This document shows, in pieces, positions 35,733-46,533 of a stretch of 64,000 nt of DNA (the first letter of the stretch is position 1; each line of letters begins with the position of its first letter). The notes beneath the pieces were generated by a model. That model saw only the letters and a program-made list of their open reading frames with translations, searched no databases and was not told the origin of the DNA. The stretch comes from an uncultured virus (IMG/VR IMGVR_UViG_3300009155_005562) (taxonomy: Duplodnaviria > Heunggongvirae > Uroviricota > Caudoviricetes): the IMG/VR virus record IMGVR_UViG_3300009155_005562; one strand, written 5' to 3'. A program made the translations under genes and the position numbers.

Positions 35733-37444
35733 GCTGCCATCCTGCTAAAGTTTTTATGCTTTTCAAATTTAATAACGCTATGAAACTTATCATATAACTG
35801 ATCACCTTTATGACTAATAATAAAGATATTAGTATCTGCGGTGATAGTTTGAATAATCTTTAAGAACTCATCTGTACCTGAATTATCTAGACTGCTGTCG
35901 AAAACCTCGTCCATGATAAGAAGATTAGTACTAGCAGAATTGCGCAGCTTAGCAATTGCTCTCCAGGTAAAGAGTAGAGCAAGGTCAATACGCATCTTTT
36001 CACCTTCGCTAAAAGATTCATAACTAAATTCATCCCTAAACCTCGATTTAATAGTTTCTTCAAAATTCTCATTCAATTCAAAATTAACAAAGAAGTCCAT
36101 AGCCGCCAGGTACTTGTTAATAAGCTTATTCATAACAGGCACGTACTGCTTAATAATCTTCGTCTTAATACCTGAATCCTTAAGAAGAATACCAGCTACA
36201 TCTAGTAGCTTTCTATCTTCAGTTAGGTTTTCTTTACGAGTTAACGCATCTTTGAGGTTAGTTTTTAATTCTTTAACCTCTTCATTACCTGCATCAATAT
36301 GCTTTGTATTGTTCTGTAGTAGCAATATCTCAGCATTAAGTCCTTTTATAAATTCATTGCATACTGTAACGGCATTATGATGCTCTGTAATTTCCTTTTG
36401 TAGTTCTTGCTGTCTTTCAAACGACTTAGAATAAAGACTAATCTTTTCATTAATACGATTGAGCTTGCGATCCATTTGACCTAGCCCTGCACTAATTTCG
36501 CCAACAACATTATCATTATCGCTAAGAACATGTTCCTTAAAGTCGTGAGAAATACCTTGCTTACACGTAGGACAATTATCGTTGTCTCGATATAAATTAC
36601 TTTCTTTAATAAGCTTAACTGATTTCTCGTACATCTTGCGATAGAGTTCACGCAGATTTCTATCATTTTCTCGTAGAACTTCTATCTGATTTACATCAGC
36701 ATCTAAAGCACTTGAAAGAGTCGAGCACTCCTGTATTTTCTCATTAACTGTAATTATTTGCTGTTCATATTCAGCTATCTTTACTCTCTTTTGCTCAATA
36801 AGTTCATCATTATTCTGTTTCATTGAGTCAATATGCTTTTTGTGCAGCTCTATCTTTTCTGCAAGACTCTTGATTAAGTAATCATTATCAACTATATCAT
36901 TTTTATTAGTAACAACCCTATCTTTAAGGAGAGTATTCATAGTAGAGAAAATCTGAATATCAAGTAGATCTTCAATAACTTCTCTACGGTGTGCAGCTGG
37001 TAGTTGCATGAACGGTACGAACGACGCGCTACCTAATATGACGATTTGTGAGAATGACTTAAAGTTAAGTTTGAGAATACTTTTCTCAAACATCTCTTGA
37101 TACTCTTTATTTTCCGAACTCTGATTAATTAGATTGCCATTCTGGTATATTTCAAATACGTTAGGCTTAATACCTCTGATGACTTTATAATCATACCTAC
37201 CAATGCTAAACTCGAGATGAACTTCGAGATTCTTCTGATTAATAGTATTAATTAATTGAGGCTTGTTAATCTTGCGAAACGGTTTGCCGTAAAGCGCAAA
37301 TGCAAGAGCATCGAGAATAGTAGATTTACCAGCACCATTCTCTCCTACAATAAGAGTTGAACGGTTACGAGTAAAGTCTATTTCAGTAAACGTATTGCCT
37401 GTTGAAAGAAAGTTCTTCCAGCGTATATTTTTAAAATATATCAT
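35729..37444 (-). CDS. 46: Rad50/SbcC-like ATPase gp46
   Basis: GENGAGKS, CPTC hook, FSEGEK, MDEVFD, IISH. Confidence 0.97.
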   Translation of the reverse strand: MIYFKNIRWKNFLSTGNTFTEIDFTRNRSTLIVGENGAGKSTILDALAFALYGKPFRKINKPQLINTINQKNLEVHLEFSIGRYDYKVIRGIKPNVFEIYQNGNLINQSSENKEYQEMFEKSILKLNFKSFSQIVILGSASFVPFMQLPAAHRREVIEDLLDIQIFSTMNTLLKDRVVTNKNDIVDNDYLIKSLAEKIELHKKHIDSMKQNNDELIEQKRVKIAEYEQQIITVNEKIQECSTLSSALDADVNQIEVLRENDRNLRELYRKMYEKSVKLIKESNLYRDNDNCPTCKQGISHDFKEHVLSDNDNVVGEISAGLGQMDRKLNRINEKISLYSKSFERQQELQKEITEHHNAVTVCNEFIKGLNAEILLLQNNTKHIDAGNEEVKELKTNLKDALTRKENLTEDRKLLDVAGILLKDSGIKTKIIKQYVPVMNKLINKYLAAMDFFVNFELNENFEETIKSRFRDEFSYESFSEGEKMRIDLALLFTWRAIAKLRNSASTNLLIMDEVFDSSLDNSGTDEFLKIIQTITADTNIFIISHKGDQLYDKFHSVIKFEKHKNFSRMAA

Positions 37445-38514
37445 TAAAGACTGTGCTCAAGGGATACAGCGTCATTATAAAGACTACGTAATAGATTTTC
37501 AAGTTTTATTTTATCTGTACTCAGTTCCAATTGCTCGACATACTTGTTGAGTATTGTTATGGTGTCTTCTGCTTCGTTAATTATATCTGAATCATCTTCT
37601 AGATTTAAGTTAAGATGATCCTCTACTACCTGTAAATCTATCACACCGCTCTTTTCTAATTTTTCGATATAAAGATCAAACCAGTAAGGGTTTGTTTTAT
37701 TCTTAACCACAACTTTAACAATACTATCGCGATATTGATTAAAATTATCCACAATAACTTCTTCCATTGACTTATTGACATCATCATACCACACTTTATA
37801 AAACATTCTTAAAGGATTAGGAACAAATGTAAGCTCCCGTGTATGTGTGTCAAAAATATGAAACCCCTTCTGGTCGTCATAATCAGACCAGGTAATTTCG
37901 TAAGGTGTACCTAGATAATGAATATTTTGTCGTGATGACTTGTGATGAAAATGGCCAGATAGTACCATATCAAACTTTGAGAAAGTATCGGAGCTAAAGC
38001 CCCCGTCGTTAAACGAACCTTTATACATCTCAAATCCACTTATCTCGAAATGACCGAAGAGTAGCTGGCTCTTCGTATCATCTATGGCTTTTAAACAATC
38101 GTTATAGTTGCCAGAACATATCCATGGCATTAGAAGGATATCAGTGCCGTCGAGATTTAATTCATGTGGGGTACTGTAAGTGGTAATGTTAGGGTATTCA
38201 CCGAGCAATAAGTCGGGTGAATTAACATCGTTTGTATTCTTAAAAAATGTGTCGTGATTACCTGCGATGATATGTGTCTTAATATTCCTCTTCGCCAGAT
38301 TATCAAAGAAGTATTCTTTGCAATGCTTTAGCGACGCAAAGTTAATGTACTTACGTCTATCAAATACATCCCCCAAATGGAGTACAGTATCAATCTTATG
38401 CTCATCTATATACTGAAAAAATACTTCGTTATAAAACTTAGCAAAAAAATTAGAGAACGAAGAGCTATCTCCCCGGGCTCCATAATGAGTATCAGTTACT
38501 ATCGCTATCTTCAT
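37444..38514 (-). CDS. 47: Mre11/SbcD-like nuclease gp47
   Basis: DTHYG, GDVFD, GNHD, GHFH. Confidence 0.96.
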   Translation of the reverse strand: MKIAIVTDTHYGARGDSSSFSNFFAKFYNEVFFQYIDEHKIDTVLHLGDVFDRRKYINFASLKHCKEYFFDNLAKRNIKTHIIAGNHDTFFKNTNDVNSPDLLLGEYPNITTYSTPHELNLDGTDILLMPWICSGNYNDCLKAIDDTKSQLLFGHFEISGFEMYKGSFNDGGFSSDTFSKFDMVLSGHFHHKSSRQNIHYLGTPYEITWSDYDDQKGFHIFDTHTRELTFVPNPLRMFYKVWYDDVNKSMEEVIVDNFNQYRDSIVKVVVKNKTNPYWFDLYIEKLEKSGVIDLQVVEDHLNLNLEDDSDIINEAEDTITILNKYVEQLELSTDKIKLENLLRSLYNDAVSLEHSL

Positions 38515-39064
38515 TTTCTTGTTCTTCCTCAAGGAAAACTTCTAAACCCTGTTTTCTTTTCTTCTTCTTCTTTTCTATACCGTCTTCAAAATTTCTAATA
38601 AAGTCGGACATATTTTGATTGTCAAACTCATATCCAGGTGAATCGAACTCCCCATCATCAAAATCGTTAACATCTGATAAGGTGTTTAATATAATAGAGT
38701 TTTCTAGTGACTTATGTTTAATATAAAGTTGCTTCTTCTCTTTCTGTATACGTCTCAAGAAAGCAAAGTAAATTATCTGAGTAAAGTATGCGAAAGGATT
38801 ATTTGTTCTATTAGGATCAAAATTATCGATATAGGTAATACAATTCTCTATACCATCACTAATCATCTCTTCTCGGTATGAGTAATTAATAAAGTTAGGC
38901 TTTAAAGATAGTCTATTTGCGATCATTAAAATACAGCTACCAACATATCGAGGTACAACAGGCTTACCTATCTTACCGTTTGACTGTTCGTGTTCTGTAA
39001 CTAGTTTCTTATACTCTACCATTTCAGCATAGAGCTTCTTATTATCGACGTAGTAATTATTCAT
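38492..39064 (-). CDS. 55: Late sigma factor gp55
   Basis: YVDNK, MISDGIENC, NPFAYFTQI. Confidence 0.96.
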   Translation of the reverse strand: MNNYYVDNKKLYAEMVEYKKLVTEHEQSNGKIGKPVVPRYVGSCILMIANRLSLKPNFINYSYREEMISDGIENCITYIDNFDPNRTNNPFAYFTQIIYFAFLRRIQKEKKQLYIKHKSLENSIILNTLSDVNDFDDGEFDSPGYEFDNQNMSDFIRNFEDGIEKKKKKRKQGLEVFLEEEQENEDSDSN

Positions 39065-39450
39065 TAGTTAAGATAAGGCTTCTTTATCATTTTTTCTATT
39101 AAAGCCTGTGCAATATCACCTGTATCTTCTAAAAGCGCATCAGCTTTTTCTGATAGTGTTGTATCGAGCGCTGGGTCCATGTACTCTGTAATATCTCTTA
39201 GAGTAGCATTGTAAAACTGTTCCATGCTCGGCTTAGGATCAGTCTGTGTTACAATATGATCAATATAAAATGAAAACTTTGTATTGCCTGCAAAAGGCAT
39301 ATATCTATGCATTGAGATAACCGGTGGAGCAGCAGGCGAACGCACAAAGTAATTAATCTGTAAGGGATTATTTACTACTACCTTATCACCAGTCTGAGTT
39401 GATTCTCCGACGATCTCAGTACCATCTATGAGCTTAATTAGTGTAATCAT
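39064..39450 (-). CDS. Conserved T4-like hypothetical protein
   Basis: LIKLIDGTEIVG; synteny between uvsW and gp55. Confidence 0.7.
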   Translation of the reverse strand: MITLIKLIDGTEIVGESTQTGDKVVVNNPLQINYFVRSPAAPPVISMHRYMPFAGNTKFSFYIDHIVTQTDPKPSMEQFYNATLRDITEYMDPALDTTLSEKADALLEDTGDIAQALIEKMIKKPYLN

Positions 39451-40904
39451 GAGTCCTTAAGTCCTATGTTATAGATTTTATAATTGAACTTTTCCTCATT
39501 ATAAATCTTTATTCGTTCTGCGAAGTGTAGTATAGTATGATTCTTCTTTGATTTCCAGGTTAGGTCATCTGCAATATCATACAGTGTAGCGGTATTCTTA
39601 GTACTGCTCTTTCTAAGACCTCTACCTATCGACTGAAGGTTTCTAATTCTTGACTTCGAAGGACTAGCAAATATGACGTTATGAAGGTTTTTAATATTAA
39701 CTCCAGTTGAGAATGTACCGTAGGATGCTACTATGATTGAATTTTCGCTTTTCTCAACTGCAAGTCTTATATCTTCTCTAATCTCACCATCTACTTCGCC
39801 TGATACGAAGTATACCTCCCTGCCGCTTTGCTTTAAAATATCGTAAAGAACTTTGCCGTGCTTTTCAACGTACTGGAAAAGAAGGAGTGTATTGCCTTCA
39901 AGAGACAACGCTAGATTAGTTATAAACTTATTTCTCGCTGGATTACATACTATATAGTCCATCTCAGTATGATAGTCTGCATTCTTAACTATTTGCTTTG
40001 CCGAATCGGAATGCTGAAGTATGATAGCTTTTATTTTAAGTTCTGCAAGATGATTTTGCTCCATCAAGTCAGCAGTAGATGTAACTCTCTTTACTGGTCC
40101 AAATAGACCTTCAAGAACTAGTTTATGAGTATGTGTACCATCTAGTGTACCAGTAAAGCCGAATCTGTTAGGACAGTCAATAAGTTTTGACATTATAGAT
40201 GTCAAGCTCTTAGCTTTAAATAGATGAGCTTCATCCCCTATAATTGTATCGAATTGACTAAACCAGTTCTTTGGCATTTTATAGATGGACTGCCAGGTAG
40301 AGATGACAAAAGGCAATTCAGTATCCTTCTCTGCTCCAGATAGGATTCTATGAACAAACTTATTCGAATCCATACCACTATATGACTCAAAGTCAGATGC
40401 CATTTGATGTACTAGGGAAGTAGTAGGTACGACTATAAGAGTTTTCTTCTTATAGAAATACCTACTCAGTATATAAATTATTAACGATTTACCCGATGCA
40501 GTTGGAGATAATAGCACGCATCGTCTATTTCTTACCGCATGCGCAAACGCTTCTATCTGATAGTCTCTAGGCTCTAAAGTAAGTTCAAGTGACTTAATAT
40601 ATTCTTTTGCATCTACTAGTGAAAATTCTTGATCAAGAAAATGCTCTCTATCTAAGAAATCTACTTCGTAGTTTCTTTCCCGGGCAAAGAGTTCAATGTG
40701 AAGTCTCAGGCCTGCGTATATGGTACGCGTGGCAGAACTAAAAAGTCTTATTTTACCATCCCACACCTTGCGGCGCACGGCGGGCAGGAAGCGTGCTCCT
40801 GGAACAGAAAATGTAAAATAGTCAGAAAGCTCCTGCGCTACATCTGGATCGCAGTGGGCTTTAATAACTACATCATTAATTTTCTCTATGACTATTTTTG
40901 ACAT
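39447..40904 (-). CDS. uvsW: SF2 helicase UvsW
   Basis: PTASGKS, DEAH, TGT, QSIGRGLR. Confidence 0.96.
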   Translation of the reverse strand: MSKIVIEKINDVVIKAHCDPDVAQELSDYFTFSVPGARFLPAVRRKVWDGKIRLFSSATRTIYAGLRLHIELFARERNYEVDFLDREHFLDQEFSLVDAKEYIKSLELTLEPRDYQIEAFAHAVRNRRCVLLSPTASGKSLIIYILSRYFYKKKTLIVVPTTSLVHQMASDFESYSGMDSNKFVHRILSGAEKDTELPFVISTWQSIYKMPKNWFSQFDTIIGDEAHLFKAKSLTSIMSKLIDCPNRFGFTGTLDGTHTHKLVLEGLFGPVKRVTSTADLMEQNHLAELKIKAIILQHSDSAKQIVKNADYHTEMDYIVCNPARNKFITNLALSLEGNTLLLFQYVEKHGKVLYDILKQSGREVYFVSGEVDGEIREDIRLAVEKSENSIIVASYGTFSTGVNIKNLHNVIFASPSKSRIRNLQSIGRGLRKSSTKNTATLYDIADDLTWKSKKNHTILHFAERIKIYNEEKFNYKIYNIGLKDS

Positions 40905-41338
40905 TAAGCCCCTACTTTAAACTTTTCCCATGCTATCGCTTGAGAGATCTGATAGCTTCTTGTAGGTAGAGACTTTATGATAGACTCAACGAACTCTACT
41001 TTTTCTTTCTGCAATTCGATTCTATTCTGATATGATCTAAGCTCGGTATCAGAATCTAAGTACATCGGTATATCGGATCTTAAAATTTTAAGAGGATTTG
41101 GCTCCCATCCGTTTGATTTGAGCGTACTTTCGTCTAATGATCCGTTATAGTATTCAAACTTATGTCGATATAGAATCTTTGACTCGCCTTCCAGTTTTCT
41201 TAGAAGCATTCTCTCACTAGAGAAAATCTTAAAGTATTTTGAATGCAGCTGAGGTATACGTAAGCTCTCTTCACCGAGCTCCGTGCGATCTATACAGCTA
41301 TCTCTTTCCCATAGTTCTTGAATTTCTTCTAGTCTCAT
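40904..41338 (-). CDS. uvsY: Recombination mediator UvsY
   Basis: D..ID...L..ES..IP.LHSKY; synteny. Confidence 0.9.
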   Translation of the reverse strand: MRLEEIQELWERDSCIDRTELGEESLRIPQLHSKYFKIFSSERMLLRKLEGESKILYRHKFEYYNGSLDESTLKSNGWEPNPLKILRSDIPMYLDSDTELRSYQNRIELQKEKVEFVESIIKSLPTRSYQISQAIAWEKFKVGA

Positions 41339-41384
41339 AGCAATTACCTAAACGAATTGCTATTATTATAATAGACTATGCAAC

Positions 41385-41909
41385 TTAAATCAAGTAATTG
41401 AAAGAGAATGATTGATACTTAAAGGTGACATCTACTTCCATATAACTTACATCCGTTTCACTCGAACTGAATTTTAGCTCTGACAGATTATAAGGAAATA
41501 GATTTTTAAAGTTAACTTCAACAATAGGGTTTTTAGAACTGCTTAGCACAGTCAAAGTAGCATCTGAAAAAATACCATCCCCGGAACCTGGTCTAGCATT
41601 TACTATTTGCTGGTGCTGAGTAAAATCATCTGGGAAGCTTATTGCTATCATCCAGTCAAATAGTTCTTTGTAGTTGCGCAATTCCTCATCAACTTTAAAA
41701 GTAACTACTAAGTCATCGTATGTATTCTTTACACCAGTAAATGGTAAGTCAACGAATGGTGTACCAAGTGTTGCTACACCGATACTAATACCAGGTATAG
41801 AAGCCGATTGAACAAAGTAGTTCAGCCCAGGGGTTCGTTTAATGTTAAACTTAAACCCTAGAGGAGAAAGAAAATTAGTATTAGTTGGTATTTTAGTAAT
41901 TGCACTCAT
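41385..41909 (-). CDS. 3: Tail completion protein gp3
   Basis: NFLSP.GFKF, FKVDEELRNY, FPYNLS; late promoter at 41915-41922. Confidence 0.88.
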   Translation of the reverse strand: MSAITKIPTNTNFLSPLGFKFNIKRTPGLNYFVQSASIPGISIGVATLGTPFVDLPFTGVKNTYDDLVVTFKVDEELRNYKELFDWMIAISFPDDFTQHQQIVNARPGSGDGIFSDATLTVLSSSKNPIVEVNFKNLFPYNLSELKFSSSETDVSYMEVDVTFKYQSFSFNYLI

Positions 41910-41925
41910 GATAGTATTTATACTT

Positions 41926-41952
41926 AAAAAAAGCCCGCTGTTAAGCGGGCTT
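41926..41952 (-). terminator. Rho-independent terminator after gp23
   Basis: AAGCCCGC-TTAACA-GCGGGC followed by a U7 tract. Confidence 0.85.
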
Positions 41953-41983
41953 AGTTACTTCTTATTATTATTTTTCTATTTTA

Positions 41984-43330
41984 TTACATTAGGTTGCTAA
42001 CTAGAACACGTCTGTAATAAACGTTTGTGTTTTCAGCTAGACGGCCTAGAGCTGAATCACTTGAACCTTCAGCGAATGGGTTGGCAACCATACCATATCT
42101 GGTCTTGAAGCCAATCTTGGGCTGGAAGGTGTCTTGGTCAACAGCACGAACCATTTGTAGAGGAACGTATGGGCAGTAGAAAAGGCCAGCGTCGAATGGT
42201 GACGAACCCTTATAACCCATCATGAAGAAGTTACCTGTCGAATATGGATCAATATAGACACGAATACGACCGTTTAGAACACCAGCGAATGTAGCACCAG
42301 TATCATCAACGTTTAGGTTGTTGCTGTTTAGAGCAGGAGCGTAATCTAGAACGCCAGCCATTTGAAGGGCTGAAGCAACGTCTGACGAGCAGAGTACGAA
42401 GTTACCCTTACCACGTCTTGTGTCCTTGGCGATCTTGTTTGCTTCTCTTTCGAGTTGGAACATTAGACCCTTGAACTTTTCAACTGACCAACGACCGTTC
42501 GAGTCGGTGTCTAGGTCGAAAATACCAGATGTTGTTGTGCCTTCTGTAGCACCTTGCTTGGCTGTAACGTAGATTGTACGAACAACTTCACGGTTGATTT
42601 CAGATAGGATTTCGGTTGAAAGGATGTTCGAAAGCTCTGTCTCAGCGTCTAGGCCATGGATAGCACGTAGATCTTGTGCAAGTTCCATTGTGTACTCAGC
42701 CTTAAGAGCACGTGACTTAGCTGTCACAGAAACCTTCTCGATTGAGAAAGCCATTTGTGGGAATACTAAGGTGTTGTTTGAACCTAGGTATTCAGCTGAA
42801 GCTGTTGGCATACCTGAGCTATAGTTAACGTTAGCTGAGGTAGCTAGTGAAGTGGTGTTTGTATGACCACCTAGTGCACCTAAGTGAACGTTACCGATTT
42901 GGTTGCCACCGCCTGGTAGAGCTGAGAAGCCGGTGTTAACTTCGTTGTAGAATGTCTCGGTGCTGGTTTGGTTGCTATAACGAGCACGCATCGCGAAAAT
43001 AAGACCTGTAGGACCAGTCATAGGCTGGACACCGCAGATGTCATAAGCGATTAGGTTAGGCATTGCACGGCGAACTAGAGAGATCAATACTGGATCGAAA
43101 GTATCGATAGCGCTAGAACCGTCACCAGCTTGAACTGAGTTAACTGGTTGGCCTGCTTCAAAAAGATTTTGGCTGCCACGAGCAACGTGACCGGCTTCGC
43201 GTAAAGCGCGCTCGGTGTTCTCGAGGATGGTAGCAGTAACTGAACGCTTGTGTGGATCCTTGATCTGGTCTAGATCGGGATGCTCAAGCACAGGCTGCCA
43301 TTTTTGTTGAATTTCTTCATTTAAATACAT
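41984..43330 (-). CDS. 23: Major capsid protein gp23
   Basis: LVRRAMPNLIAYDICGVQPMTGPTGLIFAMR, KSRALKAEY, FQPKIGFKTRYG. Confidence 0.98.
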   Translation of the reverse strand: MYLNEEIQQKWQPVLEHPDLDQIKDPHKRSVTATILENTERALREAGHVARGSQNLFEAGQPVNSVQAGDGSSAIDTFDPVLISLVRRAMPNLIAYDICGVQPMTGPTGLIFAMRARYSNQTSTETFYNEVNTGFSALPGGGNQIGNVHLGALGGHTNTTSLATSANVNYSSGMPTASAEYLGSNNTLVFPQMAFSIEKVSVTAKSRALKAEYTMELAQDLRAIHGLDAETELSNILSTEILSEINREVVRTIYVTAKQGATEGTTTSGIFDLDTDSNGRWSVEKFKGLMFQLEREANKIAKDTRRGKGNFVLCSSDVASALQMAGVLDYAPALNSNNLNVDDTGATFAGVLNGRIRVYIDPYSTGNFFMMGYKGSSPFDAGLFYCPYVPLQMVRAVDQDTFQPKIGFKTRYGMVANPFAEGSSDSALGRLAENTNVYYRRVLVSNLM

Positions 43331-43367
43331 TTTTGAGTCCCCTTCCTTTTTAATTTGGGTTAATAAT

Positions 43368-43375
43368 TATTTATA
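43368..43375 (-). promoter_or_regulatory. Late promoter TATAAATA (gp23)
   Basis: Exact consensus; the same motif lies at 44353-44360 (gp22) and 50868-50875 (gp18). Confidence 0.8.
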
Positions 43376-43379
43376 AAAA

Positions 43380-44324
43380 TTACTTCTTGATGGTACTTGA
43401 AATAGCGCTAACATAATGTGCAACAGGGCCTGAAGATCTTGGTGCAGCAGAGACAGGCTCATCCGCGCTCTCAACTTCTTCTTCTATCATGTTAGACTTG
43501 ACAACCTTTCCGGCGAAATAGTTTTCTTTAACTATTTCTAGCTTACGCTTATAAGTTTCAGCATCACTGAACTCAACGCCTTCTGCAAGGGTCTTGAACT
43601 TGTCGGCTTGAACTGCAACTAGGCCTTCAGCAACTTCAGCGAAGATTAGATCCTTAGCATGCTCGTCTAGAACTTTTGAAAGTTCAATGTTTTGCTCAAT
43701 TGATTCATTGAGTCTGCTTTCTAGCTCTTCTACCTTATCAGCTAGTTCTTCTACTACTGAAACTTTATCCTCAGGTACGTCAATATAGTGCTCTTGGAAA
43801 AGAGTCTTTAGACCATCAATAAATTCTTCTGTGATTTCAGAGCGTAGTGAAGATTCGATGGCGACTTCATTCTCAACCATCCATTCCTTAACTACATAGT
43901 TCATGTAGTCATCAACCTTAGTAGAAATATCTTCTACTACTGCAACTACTTGCTCTTCTAATTCAGCTTCAAATTCTTTCTGCATTTCTTCACGTAGTGA
44001 TTCAACCTTAGCGTGAACAGCAGCTTCAAAAATTGTTACAGCCTTCTCTTTGAATTCTTCAGTAAGATCCTGGCCGTCGAATAAACCTTCGATGTCTTCT
44101 TTCATGGCTACTGAGGCTTTGTTCTTAGCAGAGTAGTCACCAGTTGCATTGGTGTTGTTCTCTGAATCAGTATCTTGAACTTCGCCTTCTAGCTTCTTAG
44201 GAGCTAGATCGCCTTGATGTTTTGAGTTGGGTAGAGTCGCGGTTTTAGCAACAGGCTGAGGGACCTTTGAGACCCCAGTCTGGCCACCACCCACGTCCAT
44301 TAATTCTTGTAAATCTTGTGTCAT
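43380..44324 (-). CDS. 22: Prohead scaffold gp22
   Basis: FKEKAVTIFEAAV, YMNYVVKEW. Confidence 0.93.
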   Translation of the reverse strand: MTQDLQELMDVGGGQTGVSKVPQPVAKTATLPNSKHQGDLAPKKLEGEVQDTDSENNTNATGDYSAKNKASVAMKEDIEGLFDGQDLTEEFKEKAVTIFEAAVHAKVESLREEMQKEFEAELEEQVVAVVEDISTKVDDYMNYVVKEWMVENEVAIESSLRSEITEEFIDGLKTLFQEHYIDVPEDKVSVVEELADKVEELESRLNESIEQNIELSKVLDEHAKDLIFAEVAEGLVAVQADKFKTLAEGVEFSDAETYKRKLEIVKENYFAGKVVKSNMIEEEVESADEPVSAAPRSSGPVAHYVSAISSTIKK

Positions 44325-44370
44325 TTTAAAGCTCCTTGGTTATTACTATTTTTATTTATAAAAGTTTTTA

Positions 44371-45021
44371 CTAGAGAGACTTAAAGAAGTCTGAAAAGAC
44401 TCTAAGCTTGGCTTCTTGAAGCTTTTTAGAAGGTGCTTTCTGTATTACTCTCTTATATTCTTCTATCTTCTGCGCTTTTAAAATGCCATTATCCCATACC
44501 CAATCCACACCTTCCATGATACCTCTAACAAAGGCGTCAGGTGCTGAAGGATCAGCGACAATGTCAGCAGCAGTGGCAAGATAAAAATCATCCTGCACCT
44601 CTTGAATACCATCTTTGTTTTGCTTTAAAGAGCCCATGCCTCGCGAAGAGACACCCAATTGAGCTCCCTCTGTCATTAGGTTCTTTACTATATTACCGTA
44701 AGGAGTATCAAGAATCTTAGCCTTGCCGATAAAGTTATCACCCTCGCGCTTTAAGCTCTTTGTGATGTGTGAAGCACGCTCTAGATTAAGAGTTGGGCCT
44801 GAAGGATGTCCTAGCTCACCAAAAGCTCTATTCTTATCGATATACTCTTTAGAATATCTATTAACTTCTTTATCTAAAGTTTCTGTACGATAGATTCTAT
44901 TGTTTCTATTCTTTAAGTTGCCTTGAAGAAATACCCCTTCAATAAAAAAGTCTTTTTTACCTGACTCTTTTTCTTCAACAAGGTACTTAACCTCTTCTAC
45001 TAGTTCGCTAATTAGTTTCAT
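44371..45021 (-). CDS. 21: Prohead protease gp21
   Basis: NRNNRIY, GELGHP, GVSSRGMGS, DIVADPSAPDA. Confidence 0.97.
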   Translation of the reverse strand: MKLISELVEEVKYLVEEKESGKKDFFIEGVFLQGNLKNRNNRIYRTETLDKEVNRYSKEYIDKNRAFGELGHPSGPTLNLERASHITKSLKREGDNFIGKAKILDTPYGNIVKNLMTEGAQLGVSSRGMGSLKQNKDGIQEVQDDFYLATAADIVADPSAPDAFVRGIMEGVDWVWDNGILKAQKIEEYKRVIQKAPSKKLQEAKLRVFSDFFKSL

Positions 45022-45022
45022 T

Positions 45023-45379
45023 TTAGTTCTCGTAATAGTCGTAAGTTGCGGGAGGATTCATAATCTTAGTTAATTCTAAAAGTACGAAGCCAGCACCACC
45101 AGAACCAAAAGTAACTACAACGTTTGCTGTTGAATCTACTGAAAGAGCCATGCCTTCGCCAGAAAAATCAATACCGCCAGTCGAATTAGGTGGAAAGTAA
45201 AGTAATGTATTAGAGCCGCGCTTTACAAAGACATCAGTGTTAGCTGACCAAAATATCTGTGATACTTGTAACTCGCTAAATGTGTCTCCTGTGAGAGAGA
45301 AAGATGAAACGTTTGAGTTAACGTTTGCAATAGCGTGAATGACTATCTTACCATTTCTTTGATTAATTATCGTCGCCAT
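45023..45379 (-). CDS. Head-region hypothetical protein
   Basis: Position between core genes. Confidence 0.55.
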   Translation of the reverse strand: MATIINQRNGKIVIHAIANVNSNVSSFSLTGDTFSELQVSQIFWSANTDVFVKRGSNTLLYFPPNSTGGIDFSGEGMALSVDSTANVVVTFGSGGAGFVLLELTKIMNPPATYDYYEN

Positions 45380-46268
45380 CAGCGTTCTCCAAGATAGACT
45401 GAGCAAATTCTAATAATTCAGGCTGACGACCTTCATCAATCATTTGCAACATAGTATCTCTATTATCTTCATCAAGATTAATGTACAGTTCTAAAAGAGA
45501 AACATCTACTTCTTCATAAGCTAACTTTTTAGTAGCTGTATCTATACCCTTAAGTCTCTTGCCAATATGCTTAGCCATAATGTTTGAGCCGATAGAAGGA
45601 TTGTTCTTATTTTTTACTTGAAGTCTTCCAAGAGTATTACCAGAACGAGTTAGATCGACAGCAGCTTTGTGCACATAGCTGCGCATTGTTGATTTGTCTA
45701 GTTCATCAACCTGTTCGACTTCTTCCTTCATACCGCCCTTCTTGGCTGAAAGGTAGGCAGCAATTCCCATCATTCTGCGCTTCTCTTTTGACTTGCCAGC
45801 AAATTGTGGAGCCTTTGACTTTTCAAAGTCAGAAACATATTCACCGGCGCCCATCGATGGATTAAGCTTTTCTTCTAATCTATTATCTTCACTTATGCTG
45901 CTTATTTGTGTTTCAATAGCTTGAGCAGTAGTTCTATCGTTGCGCTCTAAAGCTTTAGCAAGCTTCATGTAAAGATTAGCTCTCTTGAAATCGCCCTTAT
46001 TTTTCCAGACTGAGGCAGCTCTTACAGCGCCTTCGTGAGAAACTTCTTCTAGATGATCTGCTTCTTCATAAACTTTTTCATCTGAGCCAGGATTATATCC
46101 GTGCTCCTTTTCGCGATCAAAAGGAGTAACATTTGTAGCATTAAACACATCATCTTTGTTGCCGTTAGCGTCTTCCTTCTTGGCAACAATATGCTTATCT
46201 ACAAATTTTTTCTCATCGGCTGCTTTGGGCTGATATCCCTTAAGCATTTGTTTAAGAGTCTTGGGCAT
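45363..46268 (-). CDS. Prohead core / internal head protein
   Basis: Repeated (L/V/M)xEE segments resembling gp21 cleavage sites; gp67/gp68 position. Confidence 0.6.
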   Translation of the reverse strand: MPKTLKQMLKGYQPKAADEKKFVDKHIVAKKEDANGNKDDVFNATNVTPFDREKEHGYNPGSDEKVYEEADHLEEVSHEGAVRAASVWKNKGDFKRANLYMKLAKALERNDRTTAQAIETQISSISEDNRLEEKLNPSMGAGEYVSDFEKSKAPQFAGKSKEKRRMMGIAAYLSAKKGGMKEEVEQVDELDKSTMRSYVHKAAVDLTRSGNTLGRLQVKNKNNPSIGSNIMAKHIGKRLKGIDTATKKLAYEEVDVSLLELYINLDEDNRDTMLQMIDEGRQPELLEFAQSILENADGDDN

Positions 46269-46269
46269 T

Positions 46270-46509
46270 TTAAACCTCTGTATCTTCCGTTTCTAAATAT
46301 TCGTCTTCCTGATATTCTTCATTGCTATCAGTTTCTGATTGTTCTTCTTCTTGCTCACCAGAGAACATATTTTGAGCAAGTTCTAATTTTTTATCTTCTA
46401 CTGCCTGCGCTATTTTAGCAGCCATTAAATGATTAAAAGCATCTTTAAATGTTTCTGGCTTGCTTTCAATAGCATTATTAATCATATCATCAATTGTAAA
46501 ATCTGTCAT
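46270..46509 (-). CDS. Acidic prohead core protein (gp67-like)
   Basis: Small, acidic tail, directly after portal. Confidence 0.65.
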   Translation of the reverse strand: MTDFTIDDMINNAIESKPETFKDAFNHLMAAKIAQAVEDKKLELAQNMFSGEQEEEQSETDSNEEYQEDEYLETEDTEV

Positions 46510-46533
46510 TTTAAAAGCTCTCCATGTATTTAT